Origin: Lama guanicoe
Lineage: Eukaryota
Direction: 5' to 3'
DNA length: 64,000 bases
Assembly (NCBI GenBank): GCA_013239625.1
Contig: MU054187.1
Coordinates: forward strand, 14,046,974 to 14,110,973
Shown: positions 13,840 through 27,560 of the stretch, in pieces
Position numbering within the stretch: position 1 is the first letter of the stretch
Layout of the letters: the number at the start of each line of letters is the position of its first letter
Made by a program: the position numbers and the translations under genes
Notes under the pieces: generated by a model
Database searches by the model: none
Told to the model about the DNA's origin: nothing
Seen by the model: the letters and a program-made list of their open reading frames with translations, nothing else

Positions 13840-14605
13840 GACTGATGGATCTGGTAATAAAAATGTTTCAGTGACAAAGATACTATGAACAAAAACAAAC
13901 TAAGAACTGGGAAAATATATTTGCAACACATATAACCATGAAAGAGCTAATTTACTTAATTTAAAAAGACCTCTTCCAAATCTGGAAGAAAAAGAACAAC
14001 CCAGTAGACGAGTGGGCAAAAGCCCTGAAGAAGCAGTTAACAACAGCAAAAAGAACTCCACCGGGTTTCTAAATGCTTAGAAAGTACTCAGCCTCATTCA
14101 AAAAAGACGTGGAAACAACCCAAATGTCCATCGACAGATGACTGGATAAAGAAGATAGGAGACACACACACACACACGCAATGGAATACTACTCAGCCAT
14201 AGAAAAGAATAAAATAATGCCATTTGCAGCAACATAGATGGACCTGGAGGTTGTCATTCTAAGTGAAGTAAGCCAGAAAGAGCAAGAAAAATATCGTATG
14301 ATATTGTTTATACATGGAATCTTAAAAAAAAAAAAGGACACAAATTAACTTACCTACAAAACAGAAACAGACTCACAGACATAGAGAACAAAATTTGGGT
14401 TACCAAGGGGTAAAAGGGATGGGAAGGGATAACTTGAGAATTCAAAATTCGCACCTCTTGGGGAGTGACAGAAATGCTAGCTATCTTGATTGTAGTGGTG
14501 GTTTCATTGGTGTATATATCTATCAAAATTCATCGCGTTGTACATCTGAAATATGTGTAGTTTACTGTACAGGAATCATACCACAACAAAGGCATTAAAA
14601 AACCT
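13840..14605 (+). mobile_element. Composite of L1 fragments (older L1M plus younger ORF2-end/3' UTR)
   Basis: caaatgtccatcgacagatgactggataaagaag...aatggaatactactcagccat...atggacctggag...ctaagtgaagtaagccaga. Confidence 0.85.
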
Positions 14606-14682
14606 ACATATCATTTTTCTCCCATCAGAATAACAAAGATCTGTTTTAAATAACAATACACAGTATTTGGCCACTGTGTAGG

Positions 14683-15094
14683 TGTAAAAAAATAATAAAC
14701 AGAAACGTCAATTAAACAGATCCGGGAGAGCAGAAGGGGGAGCTCTCACGCCCTGTGAAGACAGCAGAGCCCAACAGGAGGAGGAAAGACTGCTTTCTGG
14801 GCAAGGATTCAGCCAGTAGAAAGCCGTGGAGTTTTTGTTTACTCTACCCATCCCGATTTCCTTGTTCTCACTATAAAAACTTTCCTTCCCTTGCTTTGTA
14901 GAGACTTGCAGACGGCTCGCCATAGTTGCAGACCTCAAGTTGCAATTCTCTGCTGATTCTGAATAAACCCATCTTTACACTCTGCTGTACATCTGAAACT
15001 AACATTGTAAATCAACTACACTTCAGTAAAAAAAATAATAATAAACCCATCTTCGCTGGAGAAATATCTGGCAATTTATTTGTTTCAAGTCAAA
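14683..15094 (+). mobile_element. Solo ERV1-class LTR
   Basis: TG start, TATA (ctataaaa), AATAAA; same family as 26457-26773. Confidence 0.75.
14962..15053 (+). mobile_element. Ultra-short L1 3' tip inserted in an LTR
   Basis: 14-bp TSD aataaacccatctt (14962, 15040) around ctctgctgtacatctgaaactaacattgtaaatcaactacacttcagt plus polyA. Confidence 0.85.
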
Positions 15095-15323
15095 CTAGAA
15101 AACTGGCATTCTATACACTGTGGGAGTATAAATTGGTATAAATTCTTTGGCCGGAAGTTTAGCAATAACTATTAAAAGATGAAAATTTGATTTGCCCTAG
15201 CAATGCATCTTTTAGGAATTTATCTTAAGGAAATGTTCTCATCTGAGCAAAAATCTATGTTTATAAAGACGTTCACTGCAGCCTAGTTTAAAAGAGCAAC
15301 ACTGAAGGAACCTAAATGTCCTT

Positions 15324-15560
15324 TGAAGCAGTTCAGGATTTACCACCCCAAATATGCCACTTCAGTGGATTGATTTATTTTGAGCTGAAGGCACTTAAAG
15401 AACAGCGAATGTAAGGAAAGGCTTTCTCTGAACTCCCCTCATCTGCCTAAAGACAGATCCTCCAAAACGAACTCAATTGTCATAAATCCCCTCCCTACCG
15501 AGTTTCATCAACCAGGGGAGATTGAGTCATCGGAGAGGAAACTAGAAACTGACACCACAC
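15324..15560 (+). mobile_element. Partial ERV1-class LTR followed by (GGAA)n at 15562-15660
   Basis: tgaagcagttcaggatttaccaccccaaatatgccactt... LTR-type 5' end. Confidence 0.6.
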
Positions 15561-16809
15561 CAAGGAAGGAAGGAAGGAGGGAGGGAAGGAAGGAAGGAAT
15601 GAAGGAAAGAAGGAAGGAAGGAAGGAAGGAAGGAAGGGAGGGAGGGAGGGAGGGAAAGAAAATTCAAGGTAGATCAGTAAGTACTTCCAGTGCTTAACTG
15701 ACAATAAGAAAATGGTGATGATAGTTGCCTCTGGGACAGTGGCTGGGGGACTGAGTGCTTGATTGGAGAGAAGATGGACTTTTTGCTGTAAATTTTTTGT
15801 ACAATTTGGATTTTTTTCAAGCTTGTCATTTTTTTTCCAAGTGAAAAAAGAAGGTGAAAGATTGAAGAAAAAGTTTCAGCAAAGTGGGAGAGGCAGCTGG
15901 AGTGCAAGGGAGTGAGAGGTAATCTAAACAGAAAATGCACGGAATACAGGTGGGGGTGCGGCATCTAGGCTCATCTCCCCTCCCTGTTCTTTAACCCTGA
16001 TTACAGCCCACCATGCTACTTATTGCCGTCGCAGGGATGGAGAATAAGGCTCAGGGGAAATATTTAAAAAGTAAGAAGGAAAGATGAGCAAGGAGGAAGG
16101 TAAGGCCATTCCATGCCATGCAGTGCTGACTCTGAGCGGGCTGTGCAGAATCCTAGCCCCTTTCTCCTTCCCACTCTGCCTGCTAAGAATTTTACGCTTC
16201 CAGACAAGATTCCAAGAGCACCAAAAGTGCCTCCTGTGAATATTTTTGGGGGGCCTTGGATTTTCTCTTCAACTTACTTGAAATTGCTCTGAGAAATTCC
16301 TAGATATTGAGGCACTGAAAGAAATTTCATCAACAGCCTAAAAATTCTTTGTGCAAATGGAAAACTTGGCTCTGGCTGAACAAGTAATCAACCATTATTC
16401 TCTAAAGAGCCATTTCCTCTTTGTGAGAACAGAAGCCCATTTCAGAGACTTCATAAATGTAACTGTTTTATAAATGAGCCACCATCAAAAGGACCACTCC
16501 ACCGTTAAAGATGGAAGCAGCAAACCAGGAAATGAGGGACTGGCAATAGAGAGAATTCGTTCAGCTCTGAGAAATTGTCTATACTGCCTTTTAGGCTGCA
16601 ATATTTTTAAATGAGCCAAGCAATTCCAAAACTATTAATAAATATGACTGATAGTTCAATCATCAATTGAAAAGTCAGGCTGACTTAAATTTGTGAGGGA
16701 AAAGATTGCTTTAACAAGATTAAAGCACTGTGTTCAGGTGAATGAAGATGCAAAGAGTTAAAATGAAGTCAGCTGTCATTTTTGCAAAATATAAAAGCAA
16801 CACAATAGC

Positions 16810-16990
16810 TATAATTGTATATTATAATTATATTATAATTATCTTTATAATATTATGTATGTATTATATATAACACATAATTGTATCAAAATTTATAAAA
16901 TTATAAATTATATTATAAATCATACATTATTTATAAAATTATAAATATAGTATATAAATGTAATTATAATATAATTGTAGTTATAATCAT
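16810..16990. repeat. AT-rich low-complexity (TATAAT-like) tract
   Basis: Directly visible. Confidence 0.9.
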
Positions 16991-17089
16991 AGAAAAGATC
17001 TGGAGCAACTATTTTTCTTCATTAAAAATGGGTGGTAGTGATTTTTAATCTTTTTTGAGTCAGAGCTGTCTTTCAGACTTCAATGAAAA

Positions 17090-17330
17090 TGTAGATGGTT
17101 AAAAATTCAAGTCCAAGAGTTACATGGCCTGAGTTCAAATTCCTGTCCACTATTTATTACCTTTGTACTTTAGGCAACTAATAACCCTTCCAAACCAAAG
17201 TTTTCTCATCTATATGATGGAAATAGTAACAGTAACTGTTTAATAGGGCTGCTGTGAGAACTAAGAGAGGTAACTCGCCTGTGGTGCTTACAGCATCGCC
17301 TGACGCTCAGGCAGTAATAAATGCTCCCTG
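17090..17330 (+). mobile_element. MIR SINE
   Basis: cctgagttcaaattcctg...ttttctcatctatatgatggaaatagtaac...gggctgctgtgaga. Confidence 0.8.
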
Positions 17331-18219
17331 TGACTACAATCGTATGGACTCAAGTATCCAAAAAAACGCAGGGATTTCTGGTTTTAGACGTCTGGATCCA
17401 GTGGCTCAAATGATACCCTTTTGTCTCCTCTGCTTTCTCTGTGTTGGCTCAGGCAGCCTCTTCCCAACAGGGTTGTTCTCTCAGAAACTTGGATGGGAAT
17501 CCATGCTTCCTTAACATTCCCAGGGATGAGCCTCCTCGCCAGTTCTGTGCGCGCAATCCCGAACCAAGCACTGCGCCCAAGGGAATGCAAAGCTCTGATT
17601 GGCCCGGCCTGGGTCAGCCAGGATGGGGAAGACCTTCCAAAGCCAGGTGTGGACATGCAGGGAGTGGGAGGGGAGTGTTTCCCTGAGAAAAATCAGAATG
17701 TCATTCCTAAGGGAAGAGTGAATGGAAACTGAAGGAACAAAACTGGCGGATAACCACCAACCCCAGGTCTAAGCCTTTATTTTAGGCCACCACATCCTCG
17801 ATTATTAGGGAAATTGAAGCGATTCCATAATTTTCTCTTTTATCCATTCAGTGCTTACCAGTTCTAAGTATGAAGAAATGTTTTCTTTCGTTTAACTTTG
17901 AATCTTGAAGAGAAATTATAACTCATTTTCTCTGAGACTCGAGAGTCATTTTCAAAAAGAAAACTTGTGTTCTTACCATGTTTGACTGCGGTGTTTGGTT
18001 TTCTGGGTGTTGGTTCCTTTGTCTGTAAAAACGAAAGGGTTGGCTTGGGATGATCTCTAAAGTCGCTTCTAAACATCTGTGATTTCTAAGAACAATAGCA
18101 ATGACTCAACAGAAAAATTGCTTGTTACCATCAATCCTATGAACCCTGGAAAAGCCTTCCTTTTATCTGGGCTGGTTCCTCAAAGCTCGTCTCTAAGCAA
18201 CAGAGTCTGGAGTGTTTGA

Positions 18220-18430
18220 TTTAGAGGGCAGACACTGGATGCAGAGTGCCTAGTCCAAGTCCTGCCTCTGGTCACTATGGCTGTGTGACTTTGGGCAAAT
18301 TGCATAACCTCTCTGTTGCCTTTTCTGTAAAATGAATTTAACAACAGACCCTCACGAAGAGCTGTGTGAGCATTAAATAATTTATAAACGCAAGTGCCTG
18401 ACTTTGTTATGTTAGTAAAGGCATTGGCCA
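18220..18430 (+). mobile_element. MIR SINE
   Basis: gctgtgtgactttgggcaaattgcataacctctctg...ctgtaaaatg. Confidence 0.8.
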
Positions 18431-21279
18431 TTATTAAGCAGGCATCACCTATGAGAATAAAAAACACTTTACCTATAGAGGAATAAGGATGAAAATTACA
18501 GTGGACTTCCCATCACAAACAACGCTTGCAAGAAGAAAATGAAGTGAAATATTTAAGATGTTGAAAGAAAAAGTCAGTTTTTGGTTACATAGGCATACAC
18601 ATTTATCTAACAACCATGTACCTTAAAATGAGTGCATCTTATTTTATGTAAATTATAATGCCTCCATAAAGTTTTTTTTTAAGTCTACTAAAGTCTACCA
18701 TATGCCAGTTATCAAGTGAGGGTCTGAGGGATTTTAAAAAGAGAAGGGGCAGTGGGAGGGGCTTAAGGCATAGTCCTTATCCCTCATGACTTAAAGGCTA
18801 AAAGTAGCTCTTTTATGGGGTCAGGGGGTTGGGAAGAATAATTAGTACAATGTGCTGAGAAGCCTAAGAAAAACAGGAACAAGGGAAGTCATAGGATAAG
18901 CACTCAGCAGCTCCTGGGAAGGTCAGGAAGGTCTCTAGAAAATGTGACATTTGGGCTAAGGCTTCGAGAAGCAGCAGGAGCTAACCAATGTTTTCCTATT
19001 GCCATTTGTACCATCGTCTCCAGCTGCCATCTTGTAAGGCCCGAGGAGTCACCGCTGTCCTGAGCAGCCAGCCTGCTGGCTGCCACTGGGCCTCCTGCTG
19101 TGGCGTGAGTTCTCAACTCCCACCGCCAGGTTCAGGCTGAGAAAGTGGCCAGGCTGAGTGCTGCTTTGTAATTTTTTCACTTGGTCTCGTCTAGACTTTC
19201 TAATTTCTTCCCCTTTAAATGTGAGACCATAAATGTCCAGAATATAGTCAACTTTCGGTTTATAATATTTCACGATGATTTAGGTTTCTTTTTCAAAAGG
19301 AATAAAATTATAGGCAGAAGAAATTCGGGGGTCAGAAAGACCCAGAGGCCATTTTTCATGTTGCTCAGGTTTCGGTCCAGGTGTGAAATGTGTCCTACGA
19401 CCATTGCCCCTGCTGTTTTCCAGCTGTCCCATGTCATAACTCTTTATGACTAAAAATTGGAAAATTAAAAACAAAGTATTAATCTTTATGTTGGAAGAAA
19501 AAAAGTTTTTTTTTAATCTTTGTGTTGGAAAGCAATCTTCCTGGAGGACTGGCTCCATCTATCCTCACTAGTCTTTCTTCCCGTTCACCCCTCTTCACTC
19601 AGCGGAGCCCAGTCCTTGTAGCTCCTCCAGCCCCAGCAGGATCCGCTTTCTGTGAAACTGGTCCAGCGTCAGCTTCAGATCACCTGACTGCAAGGTCTCC
19701 TTCCAAGTCCCCACACAATCTGGATCTGCCCCTGGCCTATTTCATGTGACACAAACACTCCTTAATCTGGGGACAGCTGGGGGTCTTTACGGCCACACCC
19801 CACAGCAGCCTCTAGTCCTATCCAAAGGGGGCGAGTTCATTAGGATGCGCAAACCCAATCCTTTCTCTCTTTCCCTCTAAGCCAACCTACTGATGAGGGC
19901 TGTACTCATTAACTTTGAACAAATCTTAATCATCTTTGAACACACAGTTTAAATGTTAAGCCTAATTAAATCAATAACACCATCACTTTTCATTTGGTGT
20001 GTTAATGGGGACACAAACAGGGACTACTAAAGTAATGACTCTCATTAGAGGAAGAACAAAATTAGCATTTATGGGTTCTAATTAAATTTTGGCTCCCAAA
20101 TATGATGGCTTTTGCTTTTTGCTGAAAATAGTGAACTTTCAGACTAGAGAAGGAAATAATAAAATGCCCAGATAATTCGAAGGAAATTGATACAAGAGTA
20201 GCCCCATTTTCTGTTTCTGAATCTTATGGCCTGTCTAGAGTTCCTTGAGCCATGGAGACCCCAGATCCACCCGTGAGACAAAATAAGATAAAAATAAATA
20301 ATAAATGTGAATGCCATTCAAAAAGGATAAACATCTCTCAAATATCAGCTGCTTCAAATTATTATCATTGCTGCTGTCATAATAATACCAGCCCTTGCAG
20401 CTGGAGGGAGAGAGACTGTGGACCACAGAATATTAAATGCGAAAAATTGAAAAAGCTTATTGCTTTCAGTTCTTCCAGGGTTAGGAATAGCAGAAGTTGT
20501 TCAAAGCCTTTAGAAATCAAAACCAAAAATACTTCCATGTGGAAGGGATGGTTAAAAAACAAACAAAAAAAAAGCACTCAGAGAAGAATTTTACCTGGAC
20601 CTTGTATAGCACACTCAGACAAAAATAAGCCTTTATTTTCTCCCAAAGCATGCTGCAAAATGCCTACAACTGCTTAGTTACTACCAAGGGAAGATGTCTC
20701 TGTCTATTTCGGTGGCCCTTGCAGCTTTCTCTCCCTAATTAGAGCCTCCATATTGTCTGGCCATCTGCTTCTGAGTTCTGCCCAAGTTGTGGTAATGGAA
20801 GGGGTATTTTATGATCTCATCCTTTTAGTGGGAGGGTAAATTCTACATGAGCCTGGGCAGGACAAAATACCTTTGGGGAAGACAAATGGACCCCATATTT
20901 GTGTAACAGCTAAATATTGCCCCCCACCCCGCCCCGGCTCTAGAGGTGGTAGGGGGGGTCCTGCTTGACTACCCCACAGCCAGTTAGCATGAAACTACCC
21001 TACACAGAACATATCCTACCTGCTCTCAACCACTGTCCTTATGGTGTCTCCTTCTACTTGATTTGCTGCTTGATAGAAGCCCTTGTCTTTTCCCATGTTT
21101 AGCTGCCTTCTCTTATGCTGGGGCATTTTGGCTGTTAGATACAACCATTTGGGTAACCACCAGCCTGGACTAACCCTTTGACCCCAGCTTCTCATTTGTC
21201 CATGTTCAGTCAAACTTTCTGGAACCTAGTTCACAGGGAGAGCTTTCAACAGTCCCTTTCATCCCTATACACACACATC

Positions 21280-21885
21280 TCTCCTCCTCTCAAGCGGTGA
21301 AGTCTACCTGTTCACCACCGAATCTGGGATGACTTTATGGCTGGCTTGGACCAAAGAAGTGACTGTTCTGGGCGTAGGCCTTCGGAGGGCTGACAGTGCC
21401 TATTTTCACTTCCTTAAAGCCTAGCTGCCATGGAAAGAAGTCCAATCAATCCTACTCAAGAAAGAGGCCATGATGACAGGCCCTGGAGAAGACACCATGT
21501 GGGAGGAGACCTCACGGAGAAAACCAAGGACCCAGACACACACATGAGCCCAGCTTACAACCTGAGGAGAGGCCCAGTCAGCCCACCCAGAACCCACCTT
21601 TTGAGCCATCCCTGATAAGGTGTCAGACATATGACAGAGGCTATCTTGGGCCCTTCAGCCACATGGAGGAGAGTTAGGGCACCTCAGCTAAGAACCAGTG
21701 TCACCCATCAGAAATGAGAGCGAGGCCATTTGGAACCCTCTCCCAGCAGATGACTGTGAACACGGGAAGAATCCCAGGCAAGACTGCCCAGACTGTCAAC
21801 CCATGGAGTCATGAGAAATACCCGCTGTTGTTTTAAGCCACTAAGTTTGGGGCTGGCTTTCTGGATAGCAGAGTATAATAAAGAA
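21280..21885 (+). mobile_element. MLT1 (MaLR) LTR, MLT1E/F-like
   Basis: 3' signature tgttgttttaagccactaagtttgggg...atagca. Confidence 0.75.
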
Positions 21886-22679
21886 AAATACTCACCCACC
21901 TGCCTGGTTTATCTGTGCTGGCTCCCCCAGCCTTTTCACTGCAGTGATAAATCCAAGCCCACAATCCAGGCTGACAATGCAGCCAAGCTTCCAACTCCAG
22001 CTCTGTTGCTGGAAGCAGAAGAAGGTCAGGCACAGGGTCCCTAGAATCACAATGCCTGGACTTAATCAGAGCTCTGCCATTGACAAGACAAATAACCTAA
22101 GGCAAGTTACCCTGTTTGTTAAATAGGGATCATAATAGTGGGTACCTCCCTGAGCTGTTGTGAGCATTCAGTGAGATGGTCTACATGGAATATACTCAGT
22201 AAATGTTAGACAATTTTTCAAAGGCATGAGATAGGTTTTGAGGGGAAGGTTTTTAAATGAAGTCACATCCTAGAAAACTGTTTTTATAAATTGTAACTGA
22301 GAATGAAAAGCCCACATTCCATAGCCCTCCAAGCCTCCTTCAGAGAGTTGCCATGGTCATACTGGAAGGAGTACAGAGTAAATGACATAGGGCATCTTTT
22401 AACCGGATATATCTGTAGAAGGGAATACTTCTAAGTGCTCATTTAAATATTTTGGGCAAAGCTTTAAGCTCTGCTTTACAAAAGAAAATTACTACTTCTA
22501 ATTATTTCTTAAACTAGGATTTTAAAATTTTAGTTTTCCAGCCAGTGTGAACATAGGCATCTAAAATACTTGCTTTATTCTGATGCTGCACAACAGAAAC
22601 AGTGATAAACTAGAGAAAGTACACAAAACTAGCACTAATATTAAGTTCCATAGAAGAGAATGAGAAGTTTAGTTAAGGT

Positions 22680-23180
22680 TGTTACTGAACCAAACTTGGA
22701 TCTGCTCACCAGTGCACAGTAAAGCCAGTCTACTGACACTGGGTTGTGGTGAAGGAAAGTACAGCGTTTATTGCAGGGCACCAAGCAAGGCGTCTAGGAC
22801 AACTAGTGCTCGAAAAGCCCACAAGCCCTGGTGAGTCTCAGCAAGGCATTTTTAAAGGCCAGGTGAGGTGGTGGGGGGCGGGGGTCCTCAGAGTATGTGA
22901 TCAGCTTGTGCACAATTCTCTGATTGGTTGACGGTGAGGTAACAGGGCAGTGTCACAGGGGTTAACATTATCAGTCCTTAGGTTCCAGTAGGTCTGGGGA
23001 CTATGTGTTCATGGTCAAGCACTTAACATCTTCCATTTGTTGAGGGGTTAGCAGCTGTAAAATAGCTTAGGAAATGTGCATCAGATACTGTTATCTGAGT
23101 ACTTCAGAGAGTACCTAAAGGAAAGGACCCAGGGGAGGGGTCTGTCCTGGAAAGGCCCCGAAGGATCCTGCTTCATTACA
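22680..23180 (-). mobile_element. Solo ERV LTR
   Basis: tgttactgaacc...tttattgcagg (AATAAA on minus)...ctgattggtt (CCAAT on minus)...ttaca ends. Confidence 0.75.
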
Positions 23181-23584
23181 AGATGATATGGCACTGGAAG
23201 CATAGAAAGGGAATCAAGCAGCTCTAAAACTTAGAAAATCACCACTGAAGACTGAAAATGTGATGAAAAGATATTATGTCTATACATCATAATTTGTACA
23301 CTGGGAATAACAGGCAGAATAAAGGCAAATGGTCTGATTTCTTGAATTATAATGCAAATAATTCATTTTAATTGGATTAGGGGTTTTTCAGCCTGAGTAT
23401 TGCTTCATACAATTGAGATATGAACAAAATTATCAAGATGGTGCATTCAGAGTGAAGCATCTTCTTCAATAAGAACAAATAAAATGAGAATTCTCTAGAG
23501 TCAGAGACCACAGCACAACTCTGGAATATTTTTAAAAATCAGGACAGAAAATACTAAGAAAAAAATAGTATGCTCTTTAGTTTT

Positions 23585-24004
23585 CTTAGCCAGTTCAGGC
23601 TGCTATAGCGAGATGCCATAGACTGGGTGGCTTAGAAAACAGAAATTTATTTCTCACAGTTCTGGAGGCTGGGAAGTCCATGATTAAGGTGCCATCCGGT
23701 TCAGTTCCTGGTGAGAGGCTCTTCCTCGTTATGTTCTCACATGGCAAAGGGAGAGAGGAGGGAACAGGCTTTTATCTCAAAGTCTTTTCTTACTGGGGCT
23801 GGGGCAGAGGCAGCCAGGGGTGGGGCTGGTGGTATTTAAAACAAACAAAAAAATAAATAAAAACTCTTCTTATAAGAGGGCTCTACCCTCAAGACTTAAT
23901 TACATTCCAGATGCCCTGTCTCCCAATACCATCACCTTGGGGATTAGAGTTTTAACAAAGGAATTGGGTGGGGGGTGGGGGACACAAACATTCAGTTCAT
24001 AGCA
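23585..24004 (-). mobile_element. MLT1A-like MaLR LTR
   Basis: ggctgctata...gactgggtggctta...atttatttctcacagttctggaggctgggaagtcc...cagttcatagca. Confidence 0.85.
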
Positions 24005-24012
24005 TTAGGTTA

Positions 24013-24750
24013 CTGTGGCAAGTTGTTTTCTATAAATGGCCACAGTATTTCTTGTCCCACATGCTCTTCCAAAACCTTTCTATTCTCCTTTAAATAGATG
24101 GGCATCGTGTCTCTCTGCCCTTGAAGCTGGGCAGGCCTTTGTGACTGCCTCAAATAAAAGAACGGTGGTTTTCACCCAGTGGTGTCTTGTCCCCTCGGGA
24201 ATATTTGGCAATATCTGGAGACAGTTTTGGTTGTCACAACTTGAGGGAAGGGTGCTACTGCTACTAACCATCCAAAAATGCACAGAGCAGCCCACAACAA
24301 TTATGGGGCCCAAAAGTTGGACAGTATGGAGGTTGAACAGCTCTGTAATAGAGTACAGTGGAGGTGATGCTTTATGATTCTCTAGGCTAGATCATGAAAG
24401 GCAATGCAACTTCTGCCTAGCCCCCTCTCTGCGGGGTTTGATATCCCTGGGAACCCAGCAACTATACAATGAAAAGCCCAGTCCACATACAGTGGCCCAC
24501 GTGCAGAAGAACCTGGCTGAGGTCCCAACCAACAACCAGCAACAACTCAGCCAGTCATATGAATATGCCATCTTGGAATCAGATCCTCCAAGCCCTCAGT
24601 CAAGCCACCCAGCTGATGCCATGTGGAGCAGGCATGAGCCATTGTCTCTGAGTCCTGTTCAAATTGCAGAGTCATGAGACAAACAAATGATTTATTTTTT
24701 AATTCACTAAGTTTGGAGATGGCTTGTTACTCAGCAATAGAAAACTGTCA
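24013..24750 (+). mobile_element. MLT1 LTR with a nested MER20-like element (~24160-24345)
   Basis: MLT1 3' end cactaagtttggagatggcttgttactcagcaatag; MER20 motif atttggcaatatctggagacagttttggttgtcacaac. Confidence 0.75.
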
Positions 24751-25629
24751 TCTTATCTATCTATCCATCCATCAGTCCATCCATTACCCATCCATTCATA
24801 TATCAGGAATTGTAGATTAACACTCTTATACATAGTATTATGTGCTTGATAAAAATTTCTGTAGTTTATTCTCAAATGTCTTGTTACTCACTTTGTCTTA
24901 CTTTGTAGAGTGGGAAATCTTTGGGGAGCAATAGGCCCTTCCATGAGGATCCTTCCTTTAGGTACAATGCATTAGTGGCCACCAATGAATCTGGCACTCA
25001 GACCTTCTACAGTTCTCAAGAACTGTAAAAAAAAAATAATGCAGTAAATACAAGTTGGAATTCTAAGACTGTATAGCAAGAACAAAAAAGAGCATAATTA
25101 TTGATTTTTTTCATAACTTCTGAAATAAATATAAGGCTCAGATGCATTCAGCAGGGTAAGAATATTATTTTTAAAGAACCAATACATATACTATATAGCT
25201 ATGATGCTTTATAGGAGAATCTTTTTCGGTAGAAAATTGCCCCAGGGACAAATTAGTGGAAGAAATTTAAATAACAGGTTTTATTTCTACTTAGAATTTC
25301 TATATTAAAATGTATCAAATAATTATACCAAGAAACTTTCACCAAGCCACTGATAAACTGAATGAAATAATGATGGCAAATGGAAAGTTTTTCAAATTAG
25401 TTGATATCTTAGAATTCACCAGGATATTTCTAATCAGTATCCTCATCCTTTGCAGTATGCTGTTTTGAATTTTATATAGCTTTTGAAGGTATTACTTTTT
25501 CCATTAACAGAGTTTCACACGGCTAACATTTTAGAATCATAATATCAAGATAGAGTATCATCTTTTCTTCACTTTATTCTTATAAATTATAAGTGTCTTA
25601 TTTCTGCTCTAAGTGCTTTGTGGAGTGAG

Positions 25630-25784
25630 ATTGGATGGATGAATGGATGGATGATAGGTTATTAATAGGTAGGTAAGTATGAAAGGAAGAAAGATGAAAG
25701 AAAGAAAGGAAGAAAGGAAGGAAGAAAGGAAGAAAGAAAAGAAAGGAAGAAAGGAAGAAAGGAAGAAAGGAAGAAAGGAAGAAA

Positions 25785-25849
<65 letters not shown>

Positions 25850-25860
25850 GAAGGAAGGAA
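25630..25860 (+). repeat. (GGAT)n then (GAAA/GGAA)n microsatellites
   Basis: Directly visible. Confidence 0.97.
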
Positions 25861-26049
25861 ATACTACTCTCTCTGGCAGCAAACTTAATCCTATTAAGAT
25901 TTTAAATCATTCCAATTTTCTAATTAAATTTTCTCAGAGAATCTGATAATAGAAACCCAATCTCTGCCCAAAAAGAACTGCCTTTTTTTCTTCCCTCATC
26001 CTTCTTGCTTCACAAGTGTCCTCACTTATTTTACATCCCAAGGAGTCGT

Positions 26050-26270
26050 TTTGAGAGTGAAAAGACTAGACATCGGTGCACAGACTCCAGGCCTAGCTAT
26101 AACCAAACACATGGCTTTGGGCAGTTTATTCAACTTCCTGAGCCTCCGTTTTCCTCATTTGGAATACGTGGACAACATACTGCAGGGACTGTGTAAGGAT
26201 TAGCATGATGATTCTGTGAAGCATTTGGCACATGCCTGCCGTGTAGCAATGAACAAGAAACCGTTGTGAC
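26050..26270 (+). mobile_element. MIR SINE
   Basis: ctttgggcagtttattcaacttcctgagcctccgttttcctcatt...gtgaagcatttggcacatgcctg. Confidence 0.75.
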
Positions 26271-26456
26271 CATTATTTTTAAATTGCTGAAGCTGTCTTG
26301 CAGTTAGAATTATCTTCCAGTTCTTATCACGATTTCATTTTCTTCATGTAAAACTTTCTTAAAACTATCATTTCCTCTCTAGTTACAAACAAAATTATTC
26401 AAAAACTCTAGTGTTTTCAAACTGCAGCAATAAGTATCTTAGCAATGAATATTAGC

Positions 26457-26773
26457 TGTAAAAAAATTAATAAGCAGAAACCGCAATTAAATAGGGTTGG
26501 AAGACCAGAAGGGGGAGCTCTCACACCTTACAACAACCGGCAGAGCACAAGAAGACTCTTCTTTCTAGGCAAGGGCTCAGCCAATGAAAAGCCATGAGTT
26601 CTTTGTTTATGATAGCCCTCCCAACTTCCTCTCGGTAAAAGTGGTCTCCTTCCCTTGCCATGTGAGAAATTGCAGATGGCTCCCCATGGTTGCAGACCTC
26701 AAATTATAATTCTCTGCTGATCTCAAATAAACCCATCTTTACTGGAGAAACACCTATTTGTTTCAGGTCGACA
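26457..26773 (+). mobile_element. Solo ERV1-class LTR (same family as 14683)
   Basis: TG...CA ends; shares cagaagggggagctctcac, gttgcagacctcaa and aataaacccatcttt with the 14.7-kb copy. Confidence 0.8.
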
Positions 26774-27289
26774 TAACTCAGCAATTATATTAGAATTTTT
26801 TATTTCCACTATTAAATGACCTGAACGAATTCATGAAATCCAAATATACCCGATTTAAATCAATCAAATAATTGCATGGAGAACATCAGTGCTGATCAAC
26901 CACGGCTCAATGAAAATAGCTAGGAAGCATCAAAGTCCTATGCTCCTCATTCCAAATCACAGAGACACGTGGCTGGAATTGGCCTTACCAATCAAACACA
27001 CATTTTGTTGCTAGATGTCTTTCTGCTTTGAGAGCCTTTGTCCCAAATTTTGTCTGAATGTGTCTCCCTTTCCTTGGCTGTAAGAAATAAGATAGCCTGA
27101 AACTTATTGATAGTCCAGGTTGACATGGATGGTTTAGCCAAACTACTGAAAACTGAAACCACATGCTTTAAGTCAAAGTGCCACAAATCAGTTCATCTGC
27201 ATGTGTCAGCTGACTGGTTTGGCTTGACTGAAGTCCATAGAGGTGGCCTGTATACACGTGTACTGCTCTGGAGAGGCAATCACCACAGG

Positions 27290-27560
27290 CTCTCCCCTCT
27301 GGCAATACTGTCCAGCAATCTTCTAGCAACCATGAGGGAAGCTGTTCTTAAAGAGCTGAACAGTGCACTGAGCAAGGCAGAATGGAGAGATGAAAAGAAC
27401 CTGAGTCCTTGATGGCGATGTTGGGCCACTGGTGGACCCACCTTGGAATTGACCCACACTCAGCCTCCTTGTTATGACATAATACATTCTCCTTGTGACT
27501 TAAGCTATTTTGAATTGGGTCTTCTGTTAGGTTCAACCAAAAACACACTAAATGATTCAC
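27290..27560 (+). mobile_element. Old MLT1 (J/K-like) fragment
   Basis: gatgaaaagaacctgagtccttgatggc...ttaagctattttgaattgggtcttctgtta. Confidence 0.6.

Noticed and set aside
14683..26773. Two same-family direct LTRs 11.8 kb apart as a possible provirus
   Set aside because: The copies are clearly diverged and the interior holds older MIR/MLT elements with no gag/pol/env, so they are independent solo LTRs
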